A stretch of 64,000 nt of DNA from an uncultured Chloroflexia bacterium (GTDB taxonomy: Bacteria > Chloroflexota > Limnocylindria > Limnocylindrales > CSP1-4), in assembly GCA_963800795.1 (NCBI GenBank), contig CAWDCJ010000012.1, forward strand, positions 54,642 through 118,641. The letters run 5' to 3'. Shown piece after piece: positions 18,793 to 28,536 of this stretch (positions are counted from its first letter, which is position 1; every line of letters starts with the position of its first letter). The position numbers and the translations under genes are program-made. The notes below the pieces were generated by a model. It was not told the origin of the DNA. It did not search any database and saw only the letters and a program-made list of their open reading frames with translations.

Positions 18793-20145
18793 ATGGCCCT
18801 CACGAGCGCCCGACGCGTGCCCGGGGCCAGGGCGGGCGTGTCGGCTCGGTCGGCGACCGCCGCCCCGACGGCGGCCGTGCGCCGGGCATCCGCCGTCACC
18901 CGCGCTCCATCAGCCGGGGGCCTGGCCGCGCCGGTCGATGTGCGCGAACGCCACGCCCCGGACTCGATCGTGCTGGCCGTCGTGATCGCCCTGACCGGTC
19001 TGGGGATCCTGATGGTCTACTCCAGCTCCGCCATGAGCGGCTACGCCGATGGGGACGGGACGCTCGCAATCGTGGGTCCGCAGTTCGTCTGGGCCGCGGT
19101 GGGGATCGCCGCCCTGCTCGTGGCCATGCGCTCCGACTACCGGTGGCTGCGGCTCCTGTCGCTTCCGGCGATCCTCGTCGCCGGCGCGCTGCTCGTCCTG
19201 GTCCTGTTCTCGCCATGGCGCATCGAGGTCAGCGGCTCGACACAGTGGCTCAAGCTCCCGGGTTTGCCCGTCATCCAGCCGGGGGAGTTTGCCAAGCTCG
19301 CGCTGGTCGTCTACCTCGCGCACTGGATGGCGAGGCGGGGGACCGCGATCCGCTCGATCCGGGGCGGGCTGCTCCCGTTCGTGGTCATCGTGGCGCCGTT
19401 CCTGGTCCTCATCTTCAAGTCGCCCGACCTCGGCTCCACCTTCGTGCTGGGTGTCACGGTCGTGGTGATGCTGTTCGTGGCGGGCGGGAGCCTGCTCGGC
19501 ATCCTGGCCCTCGGCGGGGGCGCGACGCTGGCAGCCGCGATGCTCCTGAAGGACTACCAGGTCGAGCGCCTGCAGTCCTTCCGGGACCCGTTCGCCAACG
19601 CCCTCACAACCGCGTTCCAGACGGTGCAGGGGCTGCTCGCGCTCGGGCTGGGCGGGCTCTTCGGCGGGGGCCTGGGAGACCGCGCGGCCGCCGGTGGCAT
19701 CGTCCTCCCCAACGCCCACAACAACTACATCTTCGCGGTCATCGGCCAGGAGTTCGGCTTCGTGGGGGCCGGCCTCGTGGTGATCGGGTTCATGCTCCTG
19801 GCCTGGCGCGGGATGCGGATCTCGCTGGCGGCGCCGGACACCTTCGGTGCGCTGCTCGCAGCAGGAATCACGGCGTACCTGTGCGTCCAGGCGTTCGTCA
19901 ACATCGGCGTCGTCGTGGCGCTTCTCCCCGTGACGGGGATCACGTTGCCGTTCGTCTCCGCGGGTGGCTCGTCGCTCATCGTCAGCCTGGCTGCCGCGGG
20001 CATCCTGCTGGCGATCTCGCGGGAGACATCGGCACATGGAGGATGGGTGGATGCGAGTGGTGATCGCGGCAGGCGGCACGGGCGGGCACATCTACCCGGC
20101 CCTGGCCGTCGCCCGTTCGCTCCGCGCCCTGCCGGCCGCGCCTGA
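18793..20145 (+). CDS. ftsW: SEDS family peptidoglycan polymerase FtsW
   Basis: MVYSSS, QPGEFAK, PDLG, LPVTGITLPFVSAGGSS; ~10 TM helices. Confidence 0.92.
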   Translation: MALTSARRVPGARAGVSARSATAAPTAAVRRASAVTRAPSAGGLAAPVDVRERHAPDSIVLAVVIALTGLGILMVYSSSAMSGYADGDGTLAIVGPQFVWAAVGIAALLVAMRSDYRWLRLLSLPAILVAGALLVLVLFSPWRIEVSGSTQWLKLPGLPVIQPGEFAKLALVVYLAHWMARRGTAIRSIRGGLLPFVVIVAPFLVLIFKSPDLGSTFVLGVTVVVMLFVAGGSLLGILALGGGATLAAAMLLKDYQVERLQSFRDPFANALTTAFQTVQGLLALGLGGLFGGGLGDRAAAGGIVLPNAHNNYIFAVIGQEFGFVGAGLVVIGFMLLAWRGMRISLAAPDTFGALLAAGITAYLCVQAFVNIGVVVALLPVTGITLPFVSAGGSSLIVSLAAAGILLAISRETSAHGGWVDASGDRGRRHGRAHLPGPGRRPFAPRPAGRA

Positions 20146-21289
20146 GCTCGCCTGGATCGGCGGGCACAGGGGCCTGGAGGCGGGGATCGTCCCGGGGAGC
20201 GGGATCCCGTTCTCGCGGCTGGTCCTGCGCTCGCTGCGCAGTGCCGGCCGGGACGTTCACCTGGCGCTCGATCCGCTCCGCCTGGCGGCCTCGTTCCCGC
20301 AGGCACTCTGGCGCCTGGCCCGCCTGCGGCCGGACGCGATCTTCACGACCGGCGGCTACGTCGCGATCCCGGTCCTGGTGGCGGCTCGCGCCCTGCGAAT
20401 CCCCGTGGTCCTCTGGGAGGGCAACGTCGTGCCCGGGCGCAGCACCCGCGCCACGGCCGGCCTGGCGACCGCCGTCGCCGTCAGCTTCGAGGCGACCTGC
20501 GCCGCGCTCGGCGTGGAGCGCTGCTACGTGACCGGGACGCCGATCCGCGACACCCGCGCCGTGGACCGGGAGGAAGCCCGCGAGCGGCTCGGGATCCCGG
20601 CCGCGCCGCGCCTGCTGCTCGTCTTCGGCGGCTCGCAGGCCGTGCGGCGCTTCAACACCGCGGTCGCCGGTGCGCTGGGGCGGCTCGTGGAGCGGTGCTG
20701 GGTGCTCCACGTGACCGGGGAGTCGGGCCTGCCCGAGATGGAGGCGGCCCGCGAGGGCCTCGCGCCGGAGCGGCGTGATCGGTATCGTCCCATCCCGTTC
20801 CTGGCCGACGAGATGACGGCTGCGCTCGCGGCCGCCGACCTGGTCGTGGGCCGGGCTGGTTCGTCGACCCTCGCCGAGGCGGCCGCATTCGGGTTGCCGC
20901 TCGTCTGCGTGCCATATCCACACGCGGCCGGCCACCAGCGCGCCAACGCGGACGCCTACGCGGCCACCGGCGCAGCGCGAGTCATCGACGACGCGGACTT
21001 CAGCGCCGACGCGCTCGTGGCGGCCGCCCAGCTGCTCGACGACCCGGCCGCGCACCTCGCCATGAGCGCCGCCGCACGCGGCGCGGCGAAGCCGGCAGCC
21101 GCGGATGCGATCGCCCGGCTCGTCCTGGCGGCCGCCACGCGCGCCGCCTTTCCCACTCCCGAGTCGATCGCCCGGGTGGCGTCGGGCCGCGACAGCGTCT
21201 CCGCGCCTCTCGGGGACGCAAGCGCGCTCGCACCCGTCACGCCCGAGATGCCGGGGACCGGCGGGCCCGTCGCCGGGAGCCCCACATGA
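20051..21289 (+). CDS. murG: Lipid II GlcNAc transferase
   Basis: GGTGGHIYPALA, GGYV, VTGTPIR, FGGSQA, GRAGSST, HQRANA. Confidence 0.95.
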   Translation: MRVVIAAGGTGGHIYPALAVARSLRALPAAPELAWIGGHRGLEAGIVPGSGIPFSRLVLRSLRSAGRDVHLALDPLRLAASFPQALWRLARLRPDAIFTTGGYVAIPVLVAARALRIPVVLWEGNVVPGRSTRATAGLATAVAVSFEATCAALGVERCYVTGTPIRDTRAVDREEARERLGIPAAPRLLLVFGGSQAVRRFNTAVAGALGRLVERCWVLHVTGESGLPEMEAAREGLAPERRDRYRPIPFLADEMTAALAAADLVVGRAGSSTLAEAAAFGLPLVCVPYPHAAGHQRANADAYAATGAARVIDDADFSADALVAAAQLLDDPAAHLAMSAAARGAAKPAAADAIARLVLAAATRAAFPTPESIARVASGRDSVSAPLGDASALAPVTPEMPGTGGPVAGSPT

Positions 21290-22245
21290 ACGCGCCGTTC
21301 GACGCCGTCCGAACGGGGACGGAGATCCAGCGCCGGCTTGGGATTCGCACCTCGCGCGACGAGCCGCTCGCCCGGTTCACGACGATGCGCGTCGGCGGGC
21401 CGGCCGACCTCTATGCGGCTCCCGTCAACGAGTTCGAGCTGCGGGCCATCGTGCGGCTCGCCCGCGGACGCGAGCTTCCCTACACGATCCTGGGCCGCGG
21501 CAGCAACGTCGTCGTGTCGGACGCGGGCGTTCGCGGGTTGCTCGTCCACGTCCGGGCCCAAGGGTTCGAGATCTCGGACGGCCGCCTGGTGGCGGACGCG
21601 GGGCTGCCCATGGCGAAGGCGGCGACGGTGACGGCCGACGCGGGCCTGTCGGGCCTCGAGTTCGGCCTCGCGATCCCCGGCAACGTTGGGGGAGCCGTCT
21701 GGGCGAACGCCGGGGCGCACGACTCGGACGTCGCCGCGATCCTCGAATCCGCGCGCGTGCTCCGCGCCGACGGGAGCGAAGCCAGCCTGGCGCCGGCGGA
21801 TCTGGGGCTGGCCTACCGAGAGAGCCGCTTCAAGCACGTGGAGGAAGGCCGTCCCGCGGAGGTGATCCTGGGCGCGACCTTCCGTCTCGTCCCCGACGAT
21901 CCAGCCGCTATTCGGGCCCGGCTCGACGAGATCCGCCGTTGGCGCCAGGCGCACCAACCGCTCGGGACCCCCAGCGCCGGCAGCGTCTTCCGGAACCCGG
22001 TAGAGGGACCATCGGCGGGAGCGCTGGTGGACCGGTGCAACCTCAAGGGTCGCCGGATCGGCGGGGCGGTGGTCTCGGCCAAGCACGCCAACTGGATCCT
22101 AAATGACCTGCAGGCGTCGGCCGCCGACGTGCGGATGCTCGCCGAGCTGGTCCGAGCCACCGTCGCGCGAGAGACGGGCGTCACGCTCGCGTTCGAGATC
22201 CAGTTCATGGGCGACTGGTCGGCCTGGGTCGAGGTGACGGCATGA
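21286..22245 (+). CDS. murB: UDP-N-acetylenolpyruvoylglucosamine reductase
   Basis: TTMRVGGPA, GRGSN, IPGNVGGAVWANAGA, YRES, SAGSVFRNP, KHANW. Confidence 0.95.
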   Translation: MNAPFDAVRTGTEIQRRLGIRTSRDEPLARFTTMRVGGPADLYAAPVNEFELRAIVRLARGRELPYTILGRGSNVVVSDAGVRGLLVHVRAQGFEISDGRLVADAGLPMAKAATVTADAGLSGLEFGLAIPGNVGGAVWANAGAHDSDVAAILESARVLRADGSEASLAPADLGLAYRESRFKHVEEGRPAEVILGATFRLVPDDPAAIRARLDEIRRWRQAHQPLGTPSAGSVFRNPVEGPSAGALVDRCNLKGRRIGGAVVSAKHANWILNDLQASAADVRMLAELVRATVARETGVTLAFEIQFMGDWSAWVEVTA

Positions 22246-23378
22246 CCACTGGCGGCGCGCCTGCCGTGCCCGTCGCCGTCGTCTACGGCGGGCCGTCCGC
22301 GGAGCACGATGTCTCGATCGTCTCGGGGACCGCGATCGCCGAGGCGCTGGCCGGGAACGGCCACGCGGTGAGCCAGTTCGTGGTGGACCTTGCGGGCGGC
22401 TGGTGGCGCATGCCCGCCGGCCACCGGCGCGAGGGCCGCCCTGGCGCCGCGTATGACGCGCCCGCGTCGCTGGGCGCGACCGGACCGTTCACGGCCGGCG
22501 AGGCGACGGCCGGGATCGCGGCGGCACGTCGGCGGCCCGTCGTCTTCGTCGCCCTCCACGGTCCGTTCGGGGAGGACGGGACCATCCAGGCGATCCTCGA
22601 GGCAGCCGGCCTGGCGTATACGGGCGCCGGCATCGCCGCGTCCGCCGTGGGCATGGACAAGCCGTTCTTCAAGCGGATCGCTCGTGGCGCAGGGCTCCCG
22701 GTGCTGCCCTGGATCGAGGTCAGTGCGACGCGCTGGACCACGGACCAATCGGGGGTGCTGGCCGACCTCGAGGCATTCGCGGCGGACGCGCCCGGGCGCC
22801 GGCTGATCGTCAAGCCGGCTCGCCTCGGGTCTTCCGTGGGCATGTCGATCGCGTGGGGACCCGCAGACCGGGAGCCCGCCCTGGAGCTCGCCCTGCGCTA
22901 CGACGCGCGTATCCTCGTCGAGCCATGCCTGCCGAACCCTAGGGAGCTGGAGGTGGCGGTCCTCGGCAACGAGCCGCGTGATCTCGTGGTCTACGGCCCG
23001 GGCGAGGTCGTCCCGAGCCGCGATTTCTACGACTATGTCGACAAGTACGTCGCCGACGCCGCGTTGCTCGTGCCGCGGGCCGACCTCGACGACGCGACTG
23101 CCGGCGACTGCCGGAGGATCGCCGCGGCGGCCTTCGAGCTCATCGGCGCGGTGGGAATGGCCCGCGTCGACTTCCTGCAGGACCGGGTCAGCGGCCGCCT
23201 GTATCTCAACGAGATCAACACGATCCCCGGCTTCACGCCGATCAGCCTCTTCCCGCGGGTGGTCGCGGCCGGCGGCCTCGCCTTCCCGGACCTGTGCGCC
23301 CGGATCGTCGCCCTGGCCGTGGAACGGCACGCGGAGGCGCCGAACACCCGGCTGACCGCGAGGGACCTGCCCCGGTGA
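22242..23378 (+). CDS. ddl: D-alanine--D-alanine ligase
   Basis: GGPSAEHDVS, LHGPFGEDG, GSSVG, FYDYVDKY, RVDF, NEINTIPG. Confidence 0.95.
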   Translation: MTTGGAPAVPVAVVYGGPSAEHDVSIVSGTAIAEALAGNGHAVSQFVVDLAGGWWRMPAGHRREGRPGAAYDAPASLGATGPFTAGEATAGIAAARRRPVVFVALHGPFGEDGTIQAILEAAGLAYTGAGIAASAVGMDKPFFKRIARGAGLPVLPWIEVSATRWTTDQSGVLADLEAFAADAPGRRLIVKPARLGSSVGMSIAWGPADREPALELALRYDARILVEPCLPNPRELEVAVLGNEPRDLVVYGPGEVVPSRDFYDYVDKYVADAALLVPRADLDDATAGDCRRIAAAAFELIGAVGMARVDFLQDRVSGRLYLNEINTIPGFTPISLFPRVVAAGGLAFPDLCARIVALAVERHAEAPNTRLTARDLPR

Positions 23379-24247
23379 CGCATCTCCCGGTCCGCCCGGC
23401 GGGAGGGGCGCGGCGCCGGCCGGCCCAGCGCCGCGCGTCGTCCCGACTTACGCCGGGTCGGGCCCTTGCCGCCCTCGTGATGGTTGGAGCCGGGGCGGCC
23501 ACGTGGGGCGTCGCGTCGTCGCCGGCCTTCGGCGTCCGCAGCGTGGACGTGTCCGGCGTCACGGTCACGAGCGATGCTGCGATGCAGGCGGTGCTCGCCC
23601 TCGGCAGCCCGCCGCCGAACGCCTTCACGCTTGGCAACGGACGAACCTGCGGTCGGGCCTCGAGGCGATCCCGTCGATCGCCCAGGCTGACGTCCGGGTG
23701 GTCCTGCCCGGCACGCTTCGCGTCCGCGTCGTCGAACGGGTCCCGATCCTGGCCTGGCGCACCGGAAGCGCGCTGCTGCTCGTCGACCGGGATGGGATGG
23801 TCATCGCCGACGCCGGCGCGGCCGACGCGACAGCCGGCGCCCGGGCCGCTCGCGTCCGACCCTCCCGACCGTCGACGACCGGCGCGCGGCGAGTCCCCCC
23901 CGGGCGGCGTCGTCGCCGAGGTGCAGCCGCTCCCCGGCGTCGGCGATCAGCTGAGCCCGCTCGAGATGGACGTCGCGACGCGCCTCCTGTCGCTCCGGCC
24001 GGCCGACGTCGGGTCGTCGGCCCCGGCCCTCCAGGTGAGCCTCGATGACCAGGACGGCTGGACGATTCGCCCGGCCGTCGACCACCCCTGGACAGCCGTG
24101 TTCGGCTTCTACTCGGCGACGCTCCGACCGCCGGACCTGGTTCCCGAGCAGACGAGGCTCCTCCGCGGCCTGCTGGCCGGCCGGGAAGCCAAGCTCCTGC
24201 GCATCGTGCTCGCGGACGGGTCGCACGGCACGTACACGACGAAGTGA
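23375..24247 (+). CDS. ftsQ: FtsQ/DivIB (POTRA domain); compensating frameshifts between ~23635 and ~23900
   Basis: Single TM; POTRA-like IPSIAQADVRVVLPGTLRVRVVERVP in the shifted frame; position between ddl and ftsA. Confidence 0.8.
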   Translation: MTHLPVRPAGGARRRPAQRRASSRLTPGRALAALVMVGAGAATWGVASSPAFGVRSVDVSGVTVTSDAAMQAVLALGSPPPNAFTLGNGRTCGRASRRSRRSPRLTSGWSCPARFASASSNGSRSWPGAPEARCCSSTGMGWSSPTPARPTRQPAPGPLASDPPDRRRPARGESPPGGVVAEVQPLPGVGDQLSPLEMDVATRLLSLRPADVGSSAPALQVSLDDQDGWTIRPAVDHPWTAVFGFYSATLRPPDLVPEQTRLLRGLLAGREAKLLRIVLADGSHGTYTTK

Positions 24248-24333
24248 GCGCCCGCATGACGGGATGGTTTGGCACCCTGCCGCCGGGTCGAGTAGCCTTG
24301 CGCAAACGACGTACGTGGAGGGAGAACCGACCC

Positions 24334-24657
24334 GTGCTCCTGCCGCTGGCGGGTCTGCTCGTCGGTGTCCTTCTTGGGCTTGTCCTGAACGTCAACGTCG
24401 GGTTCGAGCTGGCCCGGTATTCGGCCGTCGCGATTCTCGCGGCGCTCGACTCCGTCCTCGGGGCCGTGCGGGCCGAGCTGGAAGGGACGTATAACAACCG
24501 CATCTTCGTCAGCGGGTTCGTGGTGAACGCGATCGTGGCGGTTCTCCTCACCTTCGTGGGAGATCGCCTGGGGCTCGACCTGTACCTGGTCGCGTTGATC
24601 ACCTTCGGGTTGCGGATCTTCCAGAACGTCGCACTGATCCGCCGGCACTTTCTCTAG
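24334..24657 (+). CDS. sbp: Small basic family membrane protein (Sbp/DUF1290)
   Basis: YSAVAILAALDSVLGAVRA, FVSGFVVN, GDRLGLDLY, RIFQNVALIRR. Confidence 0.88.
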   Translation: MLLPLAGLLVGVLLGLVLNVNVGFELARYSAVAILAALDSVLGAVRAELEGTYNNRIFVSGFVVNAIVAVLLTFVGDRLGLDLYLVALITFGLRIFQNVALIRRHFL

Positions 24658-24690
24658 GCCGGCTGTACCGCAGGGAGAGGGACGGAACGA

Positions 24691-25923
24691 GTGGAACGCG
24701 AGGCGGTCCTGGTCGGGATCGACGTCGGGACGACCAAGGTCGTGGCCCTCATCGGCGAGGTTGGCCGCGACGGCAGCGTCACGATCATCGGGAAGGGCAC
24801 CGTGCCGGCGTCCGGGCTGCGCAAGGGCGTGGTCGTGAACATCGACCAGACGGTTCATTCGATCACGTCGGCCGTCGAGAAGGCCGAGCGCCACTCCGGC
24901 TGGAAGATCGACCGGGCGTTCGTGAGCGTCGGCGGCCAGCACGTCGACGGCCTCAACTCGCCGGGCCAGGTCGCCGTCGCGGGGCCGCGCCGCGAAGTCA
25001 CCCAGGAAGACGTCAACCGCTCCATCGAGGTCGCCCGGGCGGTCTCGATCCCGTCCACGCGCGAGGTCCTCCATGTCGTGCCGCGCGGCTACACCGTGGA
25101 CGGCCAGGAGGGCGTGATGAATCCGCTCGGGATGAGCGCGGTTCGGCTCGAGGTGTCGACCCACATCGTCACCGCCTCCGCCACCGCGGTCCAGAACCTC
25201 ACCAAGTGCGTCACCGCGGCCGGCGTCAAGATCGACGAGCTCGTTGCGGGTGGGCTTGCCTCGGCGGAGGCCGTCCTGTCCCCGACGGAGCGAGATCTGG
25301 GCGTCGCGGTCGCCGACATCGGCGCCGGGACCACGGAGCTCACCCTGTTCGCCGACGGCTCCCCGTTCCACACCGCGGTCCTGCCGGTCGGCGGGGCGAA
25401 CGTCACGAACGACATCGCGATCGGTCTCAAGACCAGCCTGCAGGTGGCCGAGTCGCTCAAGATCGACCACGGGACCTGCGACGTGGCGGGCCTGGACCCG
25501 GACGAGGTCATCAACGTCACGGTGCTCGGGGACGAGGCGGGCAGGACGGTGGAGCGCATGGAGGTCTGCCGCATCATCGAGGCCCGGATGCGCGAGACCT
25601 ACGAGATGCTCAGGACCGAGATCCTCGCGGCAGCCCCGGGCTTGCTGCCTGCCGGGCTGGTCCTTACCGGCGGCGGCGCGCAGCTTGGCGGCGCGGCGAT
25701 CCTCGGTCGCGAGATCCTGGAGATGCCCGTCCGGGTGGCCGCCCCGACCGAGGTCGGCGGGCTCGTCGACGGCATCATGGAGCCGGGCTACAGCACCGCG
25801 ATCGGGTTGCTCCTGTGGGGCGCGCGCCACCTGGGCGCCGCCGACCTCACGACGTACAAATCGGCGCCCGCCGGCGGGCTTGCCGGGCGGATCCGGGGGG
25901 CGCTGCGCAGCGTCTTCCCGTAA
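24691..25923 (+). CDS. ftsA: Cell division protein FtsA
   Basis: GIDVGTTKV, GLRKGVVVNI, DIGAGTT, GGANVTNDI, LTGGGAQL. Confidence 0.95.
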   Translation: MEREAVLVGIDVGTTKVVALIGEVGRDGSVTIIGKGTVPASGLRKGVVVNIDQTVHSITSAVEKAERHSGWKIDRAFVSVGGQHVDGLNSPGQVAVAGPRREVTQEDVNRSIEVARAVSIPSTREVLHVVPRGYTVDGQEGVMNPLGMSAVRLEVSTHIVTASATAVQNLTKCVTAAGVKIDELVAGGLASAEAVLSPTERDLGVAVADIGAGTTELTLFADGSPFHTAVLPVGGANVTNDIAIGLKTSLQVAESLKIDHGTCDVAGLDPDEVINVTVLGDEAGRTVERMEVCRIIEARMRETYEMLRTEILAAAPGLLPAGLVLTGGGAQLGGAAILGREILEMPVRVAAPTEVGGLVDGIMEPGYSTAIGLLLWGARHLGAADLTTYKSAPAGGLAGRIRGALRSVFP

Positions 25924-26057
25924 TCGACATGTCACCGGCAGGCTGCCGGGGCGCGACCGCATGCGGATAGGCCGTTCGGCTGGCGGACCCCGGACGTTCG
26001 GTGTCTCCGGGCACCGTGGCGGGCGACGTTCGGGGTTCCCATCACCGGTTCCGGCGC

Positions 26058-26063
26058 TATACT
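26058..26063 (+). promoter_or_regulatory. Probable -10 (TATACT) of a dedicated ftsZ promoter
   Basis: Near-consensus hexamer in the 261-bp ftsA-ftsZ spacer. Confidence 0.5.
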
Positions 26064-26184
26064 CCGCGGGCAGTCCACGTTCCGGCTCGCTGTGCCCGCC
26101 GCCGGACCGGGCGGCGCGCGTGTGCTACCGACGTCTTGACTACCGACGGCCCGAACAGCCGCTCACCAACCCGGAGGACCAGCG

Positions 26185-27414
26185 ATGCCGCTGCGGTCGG
26201 ATTCCGAGAACTTCGCCCTGATCCGCGTCGTCGGCGTCGGCGGCGGCGGCAGCAACGCCGTCAACCGGATGATCCGGGCCGAGATGATGGGCGTCGAGTT
26301 CATCGGCATCAACACGGATGCCCAGGCCCTGCTCCAGTCGGATGCGCCGCACAAGATCCGCATCGGCGACAAGATCACCCGGGGCCTCGGCGCAGGCGGG
26401 GATGCCTCCATCGGCCAGCGGGCGGCAGAGGAGGACGTCGAGAAGATCACCGAGGCGCTGCGCGATTCGGACATGGTCTTCATCACGGCGGGCCTTGGCG
26501 GCGGCACGGGTTCGGGGGGCGCTCCCGTCATCGCGGAGATCGCCAAGGACCTCGGCGCCCTGACGATCGGAGTCGTGACGAAGCCGTTCTCGTTTGAGGG
26601 CAACAAGCGCAAGCTCATCGCCGAGAAAGCCGCCGAGCAGCTGAAGGCGAAGGTCGACACGCTCATCACGATCCCGAATGACCGGCTGCGCGACGTGGTG
26701 GCGAAGAACACCTCGATCCTCGACGCGTTCCGGGTCGTGGACGACGTGCTCCGCCAGGGCGTCCAGGGGATCAGCGACATCATCACCGTGCCCGGTCTGA
26801 TCAACCTCGACTTCGCCGACGTGAAGGCGATCATGCACGATGCCGGCTCTGCCCTGATGGGGATCGGTCGCGCCTCCGGCGACAATCGCGCGCTCGAGGC
26901 CGCCAAGCAGGCGATCGCCAGCCCGCTCCTCGAAGTCAACATCACCGGGGCCCAGGGGATTCTGTTCAACATCGCGGGGTCGTCCAACCTCACCCTCTAC
27001 GAGGTGACCGAGGCAGCCGAGGAGATCCGCGCGGCGGCCGACCCGGAGGCGAACATCATCTTCGGCGCGAGCTTCGACGAGCGCCTCGGCGAGGATGTCG
27101 TGATCACCGTCATCGCGACCGGGTTCGACGGCACGCGACGTCGCGAACCGGTTCGGCGTGAGAGCGCGGAGCGACCCTTCGAGGTGTCCCGGTCCGCCAA
27201 GCCCGAGCGCGACTTCCTCGGTGAGCTGGAGCGCCAGCGCACGGCGGCGGACGCCGACCTGCGGCCGGCGGAGCGCGCGGCGGTGGAGCGGGGCGAGACG
27301 TCCTCGGTGCGCGTGGAGCGGACCGTGGCGGAGACCGCGCCGGCGGCGAACGTGCGCCGGACGTACGACGCGGACGACCTGGAGATCCCGAGCTTCCTGC
27401 GGCGCTCGAAGTAG
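26185..27414 (+). CDS. ftsZ: Cell division protein FtsZ
   Basis: [28 protein letters not shown]-terminal core DLEIPSFLR. Confidence 0.98.
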   Translation: MPLRSDSENFALIRVVGVGGGGSNAVNRMIRAEMMGVEFIGINTDAQALLQSDAPHKIRIGDKITRGLGAGGDASIGQRAAEEDVEKITEALRDSDMVFITAGLGGGTGSGGAPVIAEIAKDLGALTIGVVTKPFSFEGNKRKLIAEKAAEQLKAKVDTLITIPNDRLRDVVAKNTSILDAFRVVDDVLRQGVQGISDIITVPGLINLDFADVKAIMHDAGSALMGIGRASGDNRALEAAKQAIASPLLEVNITGAQGILFNIAGSSNLTLYEVTEAAEEIRAAADPEANIIFGASFDERLGEDVVITVIATGFDGTRRREPVRRESAERPFEVSRSAKPERDFLGELERQRTAADADLRPAERAAVERGETSSVRVERTVAETAPAANVRRTYDADDLEIPSFLRRSK

Positions 27415-27423
27415 CGCAACCCA

Positions 27424-28278
27424 GTGCCCGAGCCCTCGGGCATCTCGCGCACTGCACCGCCGCCTGATCCGGCCGCGGTCGCCGAGCTCATCTCCGCTCG
27501 CGAGCGGGTGTTGCGCGCGATCGCCGACGCGTGTGCCCGCTCGGGGCGCGATCCGGCCGGGGTCACGCTCGTGGCGGTCGGCAAGACGGTCGGCCCGGCC
27601 CGGCTGCGGGCGGCCGTCGCCGCGGGCCTGACGGTCATCGGGGAGAACCGGGTCCAGGAAGCGCAGGAGAAGGTCCCCGCCGTCCCGGGGGCGCGCTGGC
27701 ACCTGGTCGGGCCGCTCCAGGCGAACAAGGCGCGCCGGGCGGTGGCGATCTTCGACGTCATCGAGAGCGTTGATTCGGTCGGGCTGGCCGTTCGCCTGGA
27801 CCGGATCTCCGGCGAGCTGCGGCCGGGCCGCCCGCTGCCGGTCCTCCTCCAGGTGAACGTCGATGCGGACCCGGCCAAGGCAGGCTTCGCGCCCGGCGAC
27901 CTCGCCGACGCGCTGCCCGTCCTCCTGCGCCTCGCGAACCTCGAGCTGGGGGGCCTGATGACCGTCGGCCGGCTGGTGGCCGGAGCCGAGGAGGCGCGCT
28001 CCACGTTCCGCGCGCTGCGCGCGCTGTCCGAACGCCTCCGCGGCCTCGTGCCGGACAAGGACGCTCCGGGCGCGCCGGCCGCGGTCTCGCCGCGGGGCCT
28101 TGGCCCGTCGCTCTCGATGGGCATGAGCGGCGACTACCCGGTCGCGGTCGAGGAGGGGGCGACGCTCGTCCGGGTGGGCCGCGCGATCTTCGGGGAGCGG
28201 GCGGGCGCCGCGCCGGAGGGCCACGAAGCCAGGCTTGCCCCGGGCCCGCGACCCGCTGTCGACGCCGGGCGCGCGTAG
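27424..28278 (+). CDS. yggS: PLP homeostasis protein YggS
   Basis: LVAVGKT, GENRVQE, WHLVGPLQANK, LSMGMSGDY, GATLVRVGRAIFG. Confidence 0.93.
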   Translation: MPEPSGISRTAPPPDPAAVAELISARERVLRAIADACARSGRDPAGVTLVAVGKTVGPARLRAAVAAGLTVIGENRVQEAQEKVPAVPGARWHLVGPLQANKARRAVAIFDVIESVDSVGLAVRLDRISGELRPGRPLPVLLQVNVDADPAKAGFAPGDLADALPVLLRLANLELGGLMTVGRLVAGAEEARSTFRALRALSERLRGLVPDKDAPGAPAAVSPRGLGPSLSMGMSGDYPVAVEEGATLVRVGRAIFGERAGAAPEGHEARLAPGPRPAVDAGRA

Positions 28279-28287
28279 ACTCCACCG

Positions 28288-28536
28288 GTGGGCGCATTCC
28301 TGGGCAACTTCCTTCAGCTCCTCGTGCTTGTCCTATGGGCGCTGGTGCTGGCCCGCGTCGTCGTCTCGTGGGTGGACCCGCAGGCTCGCAATCCGATCTC
28401 GGGCCAGGTGGTCGCGCTGACGGAGCCGTTCCTTGGTCCGATCCGGCGCCTTCTGCCCGCGACGGGCGGCCTGGACCTCTCGCCCCTCATCCTCATGCTG
28501 GTCCTCAGCGCGCTCCTGGGGGTCGTGGGCCGCTGA
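28288..28536 (+). CDS. yggT: YggT/YlmG family membrane protein
   Basis: RVVVSWV, TEPFLGPIRRLLP, GLDLSP. Confidence 0.9.
   Translation: MGAFLGNFLQLLVLVLWALVLARVVVSWVDPQARNPISGQVVALTEPFLGPIRRLLPATGGLDLSPLILMLVLSALLGVVGR

Noticed and set aside
20051-20145. 95-nt ftsW/murG overlap
   Set aside because: Read-through tails over the murG start are common in high-GC dcw clusters, and the tail is low-complexity
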